A stretch of 64,000 bases of DNA from Phycisphaerae bacterium (GCA_963666835.2 CAXXGO010000006.1:1152001-1216000), one strand, 5' to 3'; shown: positions 19,184-29,406, counted from the stretch's first letter. The notes: generated from the letters alone by a model not told the origin. Translations and numbers: made by a program.

Positions 19184-20152
19184 TCATGCGTGAGTAATCA
19201 CGCGTAGGTGGCGGTCGGCGATCGCGCCAGGGCTCGCGGCGCGGGAAAGCGACTTGGCCGGTTTCACTCGTCGAGCCTTCTGCGGTGGTTTCTGGCTCCC
19301 GGGAGGCTGGGTAGTCATGCGGGCCACATCGTACAGCAGTTCGGTCAGAGGATCGTTGGGACGAAGCCGCTGGGCCGTTCGGAGTGCCATCGCCGCCCGC
19401 TCTGTGTCGTTTGAGAAGAAGTAGTAGTACCCCAGCAACAGCCAGCCGTCGGCGTTTTCCGGTTGGGCCTCGGTATGGCTGCTGAGCTTCTCCAGGTGCT
19501 TGGCGAAGTCGCCCGGCTGACCGTAGGCCTTGCGAATATCGATGGGCAGGTAGGCCATGCGGGGCTCGAGTTCGAAAGCTCGATGAAGGAGCCGTACGGC
19601 CGTCTCGTAGCGTCCCAAGGCAGTCTGCGAATGAGCGGCGCAAACTCGGGCGGCCGGGTCTCCCTGGTTCAGCGTTGCAGCGAGGAGGAAGTTCCTGGCG
19701 GCCGGTCCGTATTGGCCGGCGGAGAAGGCGGCGTGTCCGTCCCACATGGCGCGGCGATATCCGGAGAGTCCTTTTTCCGCCTGGATCTCAACTCGTTCGA
19801 GATCTCGCCCATCGCGGACGCCGTCCCAATAGGCGTCCTCGAGTTCGTCCAGTTGCTCGATGGAATAGAGATTCCGGGATTCGGCCCGCGCGCGGGCATT
19901 CCGTTCGCGCTGCCGGCGTCGCATGTCGTAGGATTTCCGCCGCTCTTCGGCGCGGGTGCGAGCGGTTTGTTCCGCGGTCTGTTCGCCGTGCGGGGCATCC
20001 TCCGCTTCTTCCTGATCGGCGGGTTGCGCGGATGGTTGCTGCTTTTTTGGGGGTGGATCGTCGGCGCTGCCCCTGGCGACTTGTCCGACCGCGATTACAG
20101 GCACGATTGCCAGGAGCACTCTGCTTATTCGACCGGTTCTGCACGATACCAT
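19184..20152 (-). CDS. secreted TPR-repeat protein
   Basis: Signal peptide, low-complexity linker, C-terminal TPR-like helices; GGAGG SD. Confidence 0.75.
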   Translation of the reverse strand: MVSCRTGRISRVLLAIVPVIAVGQVARGSADDPPPKKQQPSAQPADQEEAEDAPHGEQTAEQTARTRAEERRKSYDMRRRQRERNARARAESRNLYSIEQLDELEDAYWDGVRDGRDLERVEIQAEKGLSGYRRAMWDGHAAFSAGQYGPAARNFLLAATLNQGDPAARVCAAHSQTALGRYETAVRLLHRAFELEPRMAYLPIDIRKAYGQPGDFAKHLEKLSSHTEAQPENADGWLLLGYYYFFSNDTERAAMALRTAQRLRPNDPLTELLYDVARMTTQPPGSQKPPQKARRVKPAKSLSRAASPGAIADRHLRVITHA

Positions 20153-21359
20153 GGGCCACCTTCCTCCAGTTGATCTTGAGGTTAACGCTATTCCATCAGC
20201 CTATTGTACCGCAAGATGAGCCCGAGGTTACCCGTGTACTTCCCGCGATTCTGTCCGAATGGTGCATACGAGGCCTTACGGGCCCGCACCACCTCGACGC
20301 CGACGACGGGCTTTGCCGGGAATCCACGACATCTGGCGCGCTTCCCGGATCAGCCATACTACATCTGACGGCGTTTCCCGGCTTCTCCACCTTGGCATGC
20401 GCGGTCGCTCTATTGCGGTAATCCGGACGTCGTGCCTTATCCACCTATTGTGCCTCAGCATGGCAACCATCGAGCCGCCCGCCGGTCGGGACTGACGTCC
20501 TCCGTCGCGTTGGTCTTGTCTCACCGTTGGCGCGCGAGAATAAGGGCGAGGTTCTTGCCGGTTACTCGCAGAAACCCCTATTGAAACCGGAGTCGGGAAT
20601 AGTGTACTTTACTGGCGATCAGGTCTCGAGGGCGTGGAAGGTGTCCTTTCGTATAGTCTCTTTGTGGTTGGCGACAGAAGATTTGGTCGGGTGAATCGCC
20701 CCTACAAGGATGGTGCGGGGTAGAAGACGTATTGCGGTCCACGTATGGCGGGCCGATCGTACGGTATTCTCCTATCGCCGGCTCGGGCTGTGATGCGGTT
20801 CTATTGGAAGGTCCGCGCCTTAAGGGGGACGTGAGCGAAAAACGTGCGGCAACTCGGGCTCAGGCAGTCGTGCGGGTCGGTATTCTGGCCTTCAAGAATG
20901 CTCTCCGGTTGCCTCCTCTGTGCCATTATGACACCTGGTCAACGCGCCGTTCTTGATAGGTGTGCCTGAGGGTGTGAAGGCATGCACGGTTGAGGTGCGC
21001 TCTCGGAGTGTGCAGGCGCCTGGAGACCGGGCAGATTGCGGTTAGGGGTATATAGGAATGCGCAGTGCCATGAGGTTGTTCAGCAACTATCGCGAAATGA
21101 GGGGCTATCCCCTATTGCGGGTCGCTCGAAAAGTCTATATCCTTGCAACTTCACATATTAGCTACTGGGTGGCGGCTGTTGGCCGCCGCGCGGCACTGCT
21201 CTCGCTCGGCATATGATTTTACAGTGGGTGGCGATGCAATCTACCTAGAAGGCAAGGGTAGGTATCAATACGGTTGTTTTGGGGATTCCGCTCGTGTGTC
21301 GTACAAGCGCACGGGCGGAAGCGGTTGGCGTATCGTGTCCAGAAGGTGAGGAGATTAGT

Positions 21360-24308
21360 GTGAAGAACAGACCGAAGATAATGCGGATGTTTGTGGTTGG
21401 ATGCGCGGTCATTGCGACCGGCTCGTCTGCCATTGGGCAGGGTTTTGTGCCCTTGGAGTGGCAGCGGAGGGTTAAGTCCGGGCCGCTGGCCGAGCAGCGA
21501 AAGCACGTAGACTGGGCTCGGGACCTGAATAACAATTTTGTGGACGATGAGATCGAGATGATGTCGCGTGATGGCACGGTCAACATCTTCGTGCAACTCA
21601 ACGAGTGCCAACAACGGGAGGATGTTTACAAATTATTGCGTGATTTAGGCGTGTTGACCACGGGCCGGATTCGGTATGCCAGTCGGGTATTGGCGTATGT
21701 GATCGTGGAAGACGCGCCGGTTAGTCGAATGCTCGGGCTGGCATCGGACCCCGCGGTAGCGGCAGTGGAGATGGTGCGGACGCCGGATTTGACTCTCGAC
21801 ACCACCACGCGGTCGATCCGCGTGCGCGACAGCGTGACTTACGACTACGAGAACATCGAGGATGTGTACAAGCTGGATGGAAGCGGAGTCAACATCGCCA
21901 TTATCGACTCCGGCGTGGATGACGATGGGGCCGGTTCGAGTGGCACTACCCACACTGGTTTCTCCGGGCGGTTCGTCGCGGGCTTCGACGCCACTGAATG
22001 GAACGATGCCGATATGAACGGCATCGATGATGATTGCGAGGGGGGTGGAGGGGTTTGTGAGCCGGCCGACGGTTCGACCAACCCCGACGATACTAACGGG
22101 CATGGGACGCATGTGGCGGGGATTGCCCTTGGCAACGGCGTATCGACTACCGGATGCCGGAGTGCCGATGACGGCTCTGTTCCGAACGACGCGACGGGTG
22201 TCGCTCCCGGGGCGGGTTTAGTCGATGTGAGATGGTACCCCGGCGACTATGGCGATGTCGCGATCGGTTTGGAGTGGTTGGCCGGCTCGATCGGCACGGC
22301 CCCCGCGGGCGGCTGGGCTCAGGTAGTGAATATGAGTCTTGGGGACAACTCGGTGGCGGACGGGGGCGACACCATCACCCGTCTTCTCAACGCTGTCATT
22401 GCTGACGGTCTGTCGATCGCGGTCGCCATGGGTAACGGCGGCGGGAATTGTGTAGGGTCGGTTGCGGTATCTGCTCTGTCCGTGGGAGTGGCATCTGCCG
22501 ACGACATGGTTACCGTGGATCGCGATAACGACGAGATCTCCGAGTTCTCGACGTTTGGTCCGGCAAGTGGGTTTGTTTGCGGTGCAGCGTCGCCGGACAT
22601 TGCGAAACTCAAGCCCGACCTGGCCGCACCCGGAAACGGAGAAAACAGCACCAGCCCTCACGCATGCACGAACGTCGGAGGCGGCACCGGGATTTGCTCT
22701 GTCGCCAAGGATTCCACTACGGGCTACACGAACAAGCATGGAACGTCGATGGCGTCGCCGCATGTGGCGGGAGCTATGGCTCTGCTTCTTGAAGAGAGAC
22801 CCGATCTGCCGCCCGGGGCTCTGAAGGACCTGCTGAAGGTAAGCAGCTATGAGACTCCGGACATGGTTGCCCAAGGCGCTTTCTGTGCCGCTACGGATGC
22901 GCGGTACAATCAGAACTGGGGGTATGGACTGCTGGATGTCTATAACGCGGTAGAACTCATGCAGGAGGGTGTGGCGGATCTCGCCTTCACGGCTTGTGTC
23001 GGAGCCAACCCGAACTACCCCGACAATAGGCGCTGCCAAATCAGCGGGGGACGGCATAGTTACGCCAACGATACTGACATTGTCCTGGGAGATCCTAACC
23101 CGGTCGCCGGCGAGGCCAACACGATAACGGTTCTGGTCGAGAACCGCAGCGCGCAAACGGCTTCGGGGGTCGTTGTAAGTTGCGGCGTCTACAACTACTC
23201 GGCCGGAATGGGCCCGGCCGATTCGTACGATGTGGGGTCGAAGGTCATCGGGTCGCTGGGGGGCATGGCGTCGACCTCGGTTACTTTCGATTGGACTCCG
23301 GAATTGGGGAGTCACCAGTGTGCTATTGCGACGATAGACTATGGACTGGACACTGATTTCACGAACAACTATACGCAGCGGAACATCACCAACATCGCCG
23401 CTTCTTCGCCGGCGCGACAGGAGTTCAGGATCCAGAACCCGACGGGCGAACGGGCAACGATGTTCGTGAATGTGGAACGCGTGGGGCAGCACCGTTGGAA
23501 CTATGATCTGAATGTTGACAAGCAGTTTGTGATGGAAGCAACCTGCTGCCCGATCATCGCGGAACTTACGGTGGTTCCGCCCGCGGGGGCTCCGATCGGG
23601 GCGATCGCACAATTCGATGTCACGCTCGAGGCGACTACAGAGAGCAATCCTGAACGGGTCGAGCTGGGTGGGGTGGCGATGCTGGTCGAAGTCGTGGCTC
23701 CGGGACTGGAACGGGCATATACGATCGCATCGCACCAGCATGAAGGGGAGATTCCGATTCGACTGAACCTGTCCGGCCGGCCCACCACGGATCCGCGCCG
23801 AGAGATCAAGGAGGTGCGGGCGGTCTTCAAGACGCCGGTGAAGGCGGCCGACGGGTCGCTTGATCCGCACGATGTGGCGATTTCCGCAGTTGCCGGAAAC
23901 GTGCCGCATTACACCGTAGGGTTCGAGGGCAGCGGACAAGAAGGTACGGAGCTGCGAATCTGGTTCGACGAGCCGCTTCGTGACCAGGAACGATACAAGT
24001 TCGTGTTCGGCGGTCTTGTGGATACCGATGGAGACCCGTTAACCGGAGATGACGACTTCGAGGTCGTTATTCTGCAGGGCGACGCCAACGGCAGTGGGAT
24101 CGTCACCGGCACGGACATTTCCTTTGTCAGGGGGCGAATGAACGAGAAGGTGATCTTCGGCGATACCGCTCGAACGGACTGCAATCTGACCGGCACGGTT
24201 ACAGGGACCGACATCAGTTACGTTCGCGCCAGGATCGGTAATGGAGGGCCATCCATCGCACAAAGCGAGTCTCGGGCTTATCCCCGCGCGACGAAGATGG
24301 CGGATTAG
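21360..24308 (+). CDS. S8 subtilase with CARDB/Ig-like domains and C-terminal dockerin
   Basis: Triad IIDSG / HGTHVAG / GTSMASPHVAG; signal peptide; duplicated D.N.sG.VTGTDIS(F/Y)VR; GTG start after GAGGAG. Confidence 0.9.
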   Translation: MKNRPKIMRMFVVGCAVIATGSSAIGQGFVPLEWQRRVKSGPLAEQRKHVDWARDLNNNFVDDEIEMMSRDGTVNIFVQLNECQQREDVYKLLRDLGVLTTGRIRYASRVLAYVIVEDAPVSRMLGLASDPAVAAVEMVRTPDLTLDTTTRSIRVRDSVTYDYENIEDVYKLDGSGVNIAIIDSGVDDDGAGSSGTTHTGFSGRFVAGFDATEWNDADMNGIDDDCEGGGGVCEPADGSTNPDDTNGHGTHVAGIALGNGVSTTGCRSADDGSVPNDATGVAPGAGLVDVRWYPGDYGDVAIGLEWLAGSIGTAPAGGWAQVVNMSLGDNSVADGGDTITRLLNAVIADGLSIAVAMGNGGGNCVGSVAVSALSVGVASADDMVTVDRDNDEISEFSTFGPASGFVCGAASPDIAKLKPDLAAPGNGENSTSPHACTNVGGGTGICSVAKDSTTGYTNKHGTSMASPHVAGAMALLLEERPDLPPGALKDLLKVSSYETPDMVAQGAFCAATDARYNQNWGYGLLDVYNAVELMQEGVADLAFTACVGANPNYPDNRRCQISGGRHSYANDTDIVLGDPNPVAGEANTITVLVENRSAQTASGVVVSCGVYNYSAGMGPADSYDVGSKVIGSLGGMASTSVTFDWTPELGSHQCAIATIDYGLDTDFTNNYTQRNITNIAASSPARQEFRIQNPTGERATMFVNVERVGQHRWNYDLNVDKQFVMEATCCPIIAELTVVPPAGAPIGAIAQFDVTLEATTESNPERVELGGVAMLVEVVAPGLERAYTIASHQHEGEIPIRLNLSGRPTTDPRREIKEVRAVFKTPVKAADGSLDPHDVAISAVAGNVPHYTVGFEGSGQEGTELRIWFDEPLRDQERYKFVFGGLVDTDGDPLTGDDDFEVVILQGDANGSGIVTGTDISFVRGRMNEKVIFGDTARTDCNLTGTVTGTDISYVRARIGNGGPSIAQSESRAYPRATKMAD

Positions 24309-24335
24309 ACGGAGAGTCTTAGAAGTGTGTGATGT

Positions 24336-24373
24336 GCCGACACCGGCGGTCTGACTGGCACGCCGGTGTCGGC
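24336..24373. repeat. 13-bp perfect stem-loop between the protease and PEP-CTERM genes
   Basis: GCCGACACCGGCG-N12-CGCCGGTGTCGGC, no T tract. Confidence 0.8.
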
Positions 24374-24409
24374 GCTGGCAGGGAACCCATTCAATAAAAG
24401 GATCAAATC

Positions 24410-25054
24410 ATGTCTTACAAGAGAATCGTGTGGGTCTTAGGGTTTATTCCAGCTCTTATCGGTGTACAGGCGGCAAACGGGTCGGCCGTGTTTCAGATCT
24501 TTGAGACCGGTACGACGAACACGGCCACGACAGTTGCGCCGGGCGGACTGGTGAGCCTCGATGTGGTGGCAGTCAAGGTCAACGCCGAGAGCGGAGTCGA
24601 GGGGGACCTGGACTCGTTCACCTATCGGTTGAACTTTCCCAACCAGGACTTCGTGCTTACCGGCAACACCTTCGGTGCTCCCTTTGACAATGCGCTGGCT
24701 CCTGCGGGTTTCAACGGGAGCGTTCCGTGGAGCGTGCCTACCGCGATAACGCATGCCGCGGACGCGGGGTCTCCCCTGGCGACGCCGCTGATTCCCGATC
24801 TGTATCGAACGACTGCTTCGACGGCGGGGGTCCCGGGGGTCGGGCCGAACCTGCTGCTGGAGACTTTGACTGTGACCGCTCCGATGACGGCGGGGGATTA
24901 TGCGATCAGTCTCGAGATGCTCGAAGCGGCCGACCGCATGGGTGCTTTCCACTCCGTGGATAATGGCGTGGCCTTTACGGTTACCGTTCCGGAACCAACG
25001 ACCCTGGCGCTGATCCTGGCAGGTTCTCTTGGGATCCTCCGGCGGCGTCGATAG
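24410..25054 (+). CDS. PEP-CTERM protein with a single cohesin-like beta-sandwich
   Basis: Signal peptide; VPEPTTLALILAGSLGILRRRR tail; cohesin-like strand pattern (inferred). Confidence 0.85.
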   Translation: MSYKRIVWVLGFIPALIGVQAANGSAVFQIFETGTTNTATTVAPGGLVSLDVVAVKVNAESGVEGDLDSFTYRLNFPNQDFVLTGNTFGAPFDNALAPAGFNGSVPWSVPTAITHAADAGSPLATPLIPDLYRTTASTAGVPGVGPNLLLETLTVTAPMTAGDYAISLEMLEAADRMGAFHSVDNGVAFTVTVPEPTTLALILAGSLGILRRRR

Positions 25055-25398
25055 CGGCTCATCGATCGGCGGCAAGTAGTCATGAACTGATCGGCGTCAT
25101 GTGGGCCGGCCCGCACGGGCTTATCCGTGCGTGCCGGCGCAGCGCCCGCGTCGACGCGACGAACTGGCTTTCTTGCAGGCGCGGTGGGGTTTGTCAGGGA
25201 GGGCGTTTGTGCGATCGGGGACCAGTGGTCTGCTTAGACGGCGCTTGCTTGCCGGTTTGTTCGGGCGCTTGTGCGAAGGCGGGCCGCCGGAGTTTCGGCG
25301 GCCCGCGAGTTTGCACGTGGCGGCGGGTTTTCAAACGGCCGATTGGCCGGCGACCGGGCCGGCGCGGGAATCGACCGCGCCGACCCTGTGCCGCACGG

Positions 25399-28300
25399 CT
25401 ACTCTCTACATTGTCGATTCAGCTTGGAGTCGTCTGCGAGCGACGCAGGTTGCAGCGTAATGCCCACAGCAACTTCGGCCCCCGGGCTTGCCTCAAAGGC
25501 CATTGGCCGGGCGAACTGGCCTATCAAGGACGTGCTTTCTCCACCTTGGAGGTTGACGATGAACGTGCCGGCGGCATCCGGCGACGCCTGCAACACGAAC
25601 GTCCCGAGATACAGATCGCCGATGGCGTCGACGCTGTCGGTCAGGGAGACCGCTCCGAGCCGGCGGCCAATCTCGTCCACTGCAGGCAACGCGTCGACCA
25701 AGGCAAAGGCGTAGTCCTCGTGCTCGACGTCGATAAAGAGGCTATCCACATCGAGCGATCCCGAGTCACCGGATGACACATCGAGAGCCACCTCGTAGGC
25801 ACTAACGCCATGGGCGCCGGTCGTGAACACGTCGATTGCCACCGCGCCGCCCGCCGGCACGGTGGTCTTTCGAGGAATGAGAGTGATTGTGGCCTCAGCG
25901 GCCTTAGCCGAGTTAGCAATCAGGATTCCGCCGGCATCCCGGATCAACTGCTCGGGGAACGGGAGTTCGGCAGCGTCCGCTTCACCCCCGTCCGAGCTCG
26001 CCAAGACGAAACCCCCGCCGGAGCACGAATCCGGATTACTGTACGGATACGAATCTCCCTTGAACCCGTTCACCGCCAGCATTACATCCGACATGCTGAC
26101 TATTCTGTTGGGGACCTCTTCATGGAGGTCTACCCAAGTCGTCGGCGGTGCGGTGGGGGCGTGCATGAAGCCCTGGAGCACGGCCATGATGTCGTCCATG
26201 GAGGTGTTTCCATTCGGCGGAGTCCAAGTACCGGCGAAGGGTCCCACGCAGTCGGCCCAGAACTTCATCCCCGGCTGCGGGATAGTACTTACCGCCAGCG
26301 GGTCGGAGAAGTACACCTGGTCCGTGGTCGCGCGGATTTCATAATCCGCCACCGGGACGATCTCGCAGTCTCCGACGTCCACAACTGCCGGCCAGGAGCT
26401 GCTGAAGTAGGGCTCGTCCATCACATACGCGGTGTTGTCGCCGTCCGGTTCACCCACCCAGGCGACGATCGGACCGCCCGGCCCGGCGACCATCTCCACC
26501 TGGTATGCAATGGTGTTGGTGCCGTTGTTCGGCTGGAAGGAGATGTAGCGGTTCTTCGGTACCGGGACCGGTTCCGGCAGGGGCGCCGGCGGCAGAATCG
26601 TGATTTCGTCGTCCGCCACGGCGCCGTTGTTCGCGGTATCGGTTTCGTCCTCAACAGGGTCGGCATAAGCGCCAGCGAGGTACTCTCCCGGAGGCACCAC
26701 GGAGGTATCCCACAGGAAAGTGAGTTCGTCCTGCGCGCCGAGTGGCAGGTCATTGACAGTTTGCACGTCGATGGTCCCGCCCGGCAGGGCGTTGCCGTCG
26801 GCGTCGGAGAAGTAGATGCCGTCGAGGCGATACCAACTGCTGGCCTGAGTGTAGTCCCAGGAGCCTTCTACGTGCTTTATGGCCACGGTCAGGTTGGACT
26901 TGTCAATACCAGCGGGAATCGCGCGTGTGTACCGCTTCCAGGTGCGCCCGTCCGCTCCGACCGCAGTGGAGTCGTAGTAATCGTAGTGGTTTGGGTTGCA
27001 GCCCTCATGGTTTCCCCAGCAGTCGCATCTCAAATCGTATGTTTCGGTGCTCGCCCCATCGGAAAGGAGCAACGAGATTCGCCATTTATACCTGCTGCTG
27101 GTGGTGTAGCCGTCTCCGGATACCCACAGGGTGACGTAATCAGCCGTCGTGACCACCGGTGTTTCCGCCGTCAGGTACTGCGATGATGCGTTACCGCTAC
27201 TGTCGGGCCAAGTGGAGGTTGTCTGCAAGTATGAGTACAGGGCCTGGCTTCCAGTGAAGAAGTAGTCGTCCACGATTTCGAGATCATCCCCTGTTGGCGG
27301 CACGCCGTCGTGGGCGGTAAGGCTGTAATCCCAAGCAGTGATATCGCTCTTCTCCGTTCCGGGTGGATCCGGCTCGAAATCGCCGTTGGCAATCGTACCG
27401 GCCCCGTAGAAGGCGGTCACATTGAACGTCTCGGTGTAGTCGCCCATGTTTTCGACCGTGACATCTATCGAGGCTATGTCACCCTGGGCCACGACGGTGT
27501 CTGTGGGGACTACGTCCGCGACGGCCACATCGTGCTTACCGAAGAACGCCGTCAGGGCGTGGTCGTCATCGATCAGCACGGTGTACGGGTTGTCCGATCC
27601 CACATCGACGGAGTCCAGTTCCCAGTGGTCGAAGACGTAATGCTCATCCGGAATCGCGGTGACGGCCACCATAGAATCGACGAGATGCTCGTACTCTCCG
27701 GGGACCGGATCCGTGGTCCCGCCGTCGGTGGTGGAGATCGTCAGGGCGTAGTGCAATTCGACCGTAACCGTATCGCCCACCAGGACATTGTCTGCCAAGT
27801 TGGCTTCATCCTCCAGAGGATGGGCAACCGCAAAGACGGGATAGTCTCCCGGAGGCACCCCGGTCGTATCCCAGAGGAAGGCCAGGCCTGTTTGGGCGCC
27901 GCCGTCGAGCTCAGTCACGGTCTGCATTCCGATGGCACCACCGGGAGCGGCATTGCCGTCGGCGTCGGAGAAGTAGATGCCGTCGAGACGATACCAGCTT
28001 GCGGATTGGGTGTAGTCCCACGAGTTGCGATGGTGTTTGATCGTCACCGTCAGGTTCGATCTGTCCATCTCCGGAGGGATGGCTCTGGTATAGCGTTTCC
28101 AGGTTTGCCCGTCGGCCCCGGTCGCAGTCGCATCGTAATAGTCGTAGTGGTTGGGCGTGCAACCCTCGTTGAGCCCCCAGCAATCACAGCGGAGCTTCTC
28201 ACTGTAGTTGTTTGCGCCGTCGGTGAGCTGCAGTTGGATGTTCCAGTAGTATCTACTGCTGGTGGTGTAGCCGGCTCCGCCGACCCAAAGGGTGATGTAA

Positions 28301-29406
28301 TCGGCGGTCGTGACTGCCGGTTCCGAAGTTGAGAGGTACTGCGCTGCCCGACAATTGGAGTGATCCGGAGGCGCGCTGTCGGTTTGCATGTGGAAGTAGA
28401 CGGATTGGTCGCCGGTGAAGTAGTAGTCGTCCACGATGAGTAGCTCGTTGATCTCCGGAGTCGTACCTAATTCAGAGACCATTTCGAAGTCCCAATCCGT
28501 GATGTCGTCCTTCTCCGTTCCCGGCGGGTCCGCTTCGAAGCCGCTGTTGGGTATGGTGCCGGACCCGTAGAGGGCGGTTACGTCGAAGGTTGCGGGGCAG
28601 TTGGCCAGGTTCTCGACGGTAACGTCGACTGAGAGTGAGTCGCCCTGCTCCACCGTGGTCGCGGCCGGGATTACGCTGACCACGGCGATGTCGCCGTCCT
28701 CACAGGGGTTACCGTCGGCGTCGGAGAAGTAGACGTCGTCGAGTCGAAACCAGCTTGCAGCTTCGGTGTAGTCCCACGAGTTGCGATGGTGTTTGATCGT
28801 CACCGTCAGGTTCGATTTGTCCATTTCCGGCGGGATGGCTCTAGTATAGCGTTTCCAGGTCTGCCCGTCCGCCCCGGTTGCGGTGGCGTCGTAGTAGTCG
28901 AAGTGGTTGGGCGTGCAACCCTCATTGAGCCCCCAACAATCGCAGCGGAGCTTCTCACTATAGTTGTGCACGCCGTCGGTGAGCTGCAGTTGGATGTTCC
29001 AGTAGTATCTGCTGCTGGTGCTGTAGCCCGCGCCGCCGACCCACAGGGTAACGTAGTCGGCGTCCGTGCTTACGGGCTCCGACGTCGACAGGTACTGCGC
29101 CGCTCGGCAGTTCGAATGATCCGGCGGATTGCTGTCGGTCTGCAGGTGAAGGTAGACCGACTGATCGCCCGTGAAGTAGTAGTCATCTACGATGACCGCC
29201 TCGTTGATCTCCGGTGCCGTACCTAATTCGGAGACCATCTCGAAGTCCCAATCGGTGATGTCGTCTTTCTCCGTTCCCGGTGGGTCGACCTCGAAGCTGC
29301 TGTTGAGGATGTCGTCCGCCCGGACACTTGGTGCTGACAGGGCCGTGCAGAGGAGGCCTATCAGGATCACTGCCGCCAACCGAGTAGATGTGCTCTGCGT
29401 GTACAT
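25399..29406 (-). CDS. large secreted protein: three CBM-like repeats, two CARDB, one InlB-B-like repeat, atypical dockerin-like pair, cohesin-like C-terminus
   Basis: AAGGAG before ATG 29406; signal peptide; three ~200-aa repeats (NxxFE.DPPGTEK...LRCDCWG.NEGC.PNH.DYYD...YFSDADGN). Confidence 0.85.
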   Translation of the reverse strand: MYTQSTSTRLAAVILIGLLCTALSAPSVRADDILNSSFEVDPPGTEKDDITDWDFEMVSELGTAPEINEAVIVDDYYFTGDQSVYLHLQTDSNPPDHSNCRAAQYLSTSEPVSTDADYVTLWVGGAGYSTSSRYYWNIQLQLTDGVHNYSEKLRCDCWGLNEGCTPNHFDYYDATATGADGQTWKRYTRAIPPEMDKSNLTVTIKHHRNSWDYTEAASWFRLDDVYFSDADGNPCEDGDIAVVSVIPAATTVEQGDSLSVDVTVENLANCPATFDVTALYGSGTIPNSGFEADPPGTEKDDITDWDFEMVSELGTTPEINELLIVDDYYFTGDQSVYFHMQTDSAPPDHSNCRAAQYLSTSEPAVTTADYITLWVGGAGYTTSSRYYWNIQLQLTDGANNYSEKLRCDCWGLNEGCTPNHYDYYDATATGADGQTWKRYTRAIPPEMDRSNLTVTIKHHRNSWDYTQSASWYRLDGIYFSDADGNAAPGGAIGMQTVTELDGGAQTGLAFLWDTTGVPPGDYPVFAVAHPLEDEANLADNVLVGDTVTVELHYALTISTTDGGTTDPVPGEYEHLVDSMVAVTAIPDEHYVFDHWELDSVDVGSDNPYTVLIDDDHALTAFFGKHDVAVADVVPTDTVVAQGDIASIDVTVENMGDYTETFNVTAFYGAGTIANGDFEPDPPGTEKSDITAWDYSLTAHDGVPPTGDDLEIVDDYFFTGSQALYSYLQTTSTWPDSSGNASSQYLTAETPVVTTADYVTLWVSGDGYTTSSRYKWRISLLLSDGASTETYDLRCDCWGNHEGCNPNHYDYYDSTAVGADGRTWKRYTRAIPAGIDKSNLTVAIKHVEGSWDYTQASSWYRLDGIYFSDADGNALPGGTIDVQTVNDLPLGAQDELTFLWDTSVVPPGEYLAGAYADPVEDETDTANNGAVADDEITILPPAPLPEPVPVPKNRYISFQPNNGTNTIAYQVEMVAGPGGPIVAWVGEPDGDNTAYVMDEPYFSSSWPAVVDVGDCEIVPVADYEIRATTDQVYFSDPLAVSTIPQPGMKFWADCVGPFAGTWTPPNGNTSMDDIMAVLQGFMHAPTAPPTTWVDLHEEVPNRIVSMSDVMLAVNGFKGDSYPYSNPDSCSGGGFVLASSDGGEADAAELPFPEQLIRDAGGILIANSAKAAEATITLIPRKTTVPAGGAVAIDVFTTGAHGVSAYEVALDVSSGDSGSLDVDSLFIDVEHEDYAFALVDALPAVDEIGRRLGAVSLTDSVDAIGDLYLGTFVLQASPDAAGTFIVNLQGGESTSLIGQFARPMAFEASPGAEVAVGITLQPASLADDSKLNRQCRE

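Noticed and set aside
22218..23939. Long antisense ORFs (also 7523-8872, 44751-46184, 56999-58408, 59671-60867)
   Set aside because: Shadow ORFs opposite well-supported genes, as expected in high-GC DNA
27950..29310. Near-identical repeats as a DGR template/variable pair
   Set aside because: Both copies are in-frame in one gene, differences are not adenine-specific, and no reverse transcriptase is present
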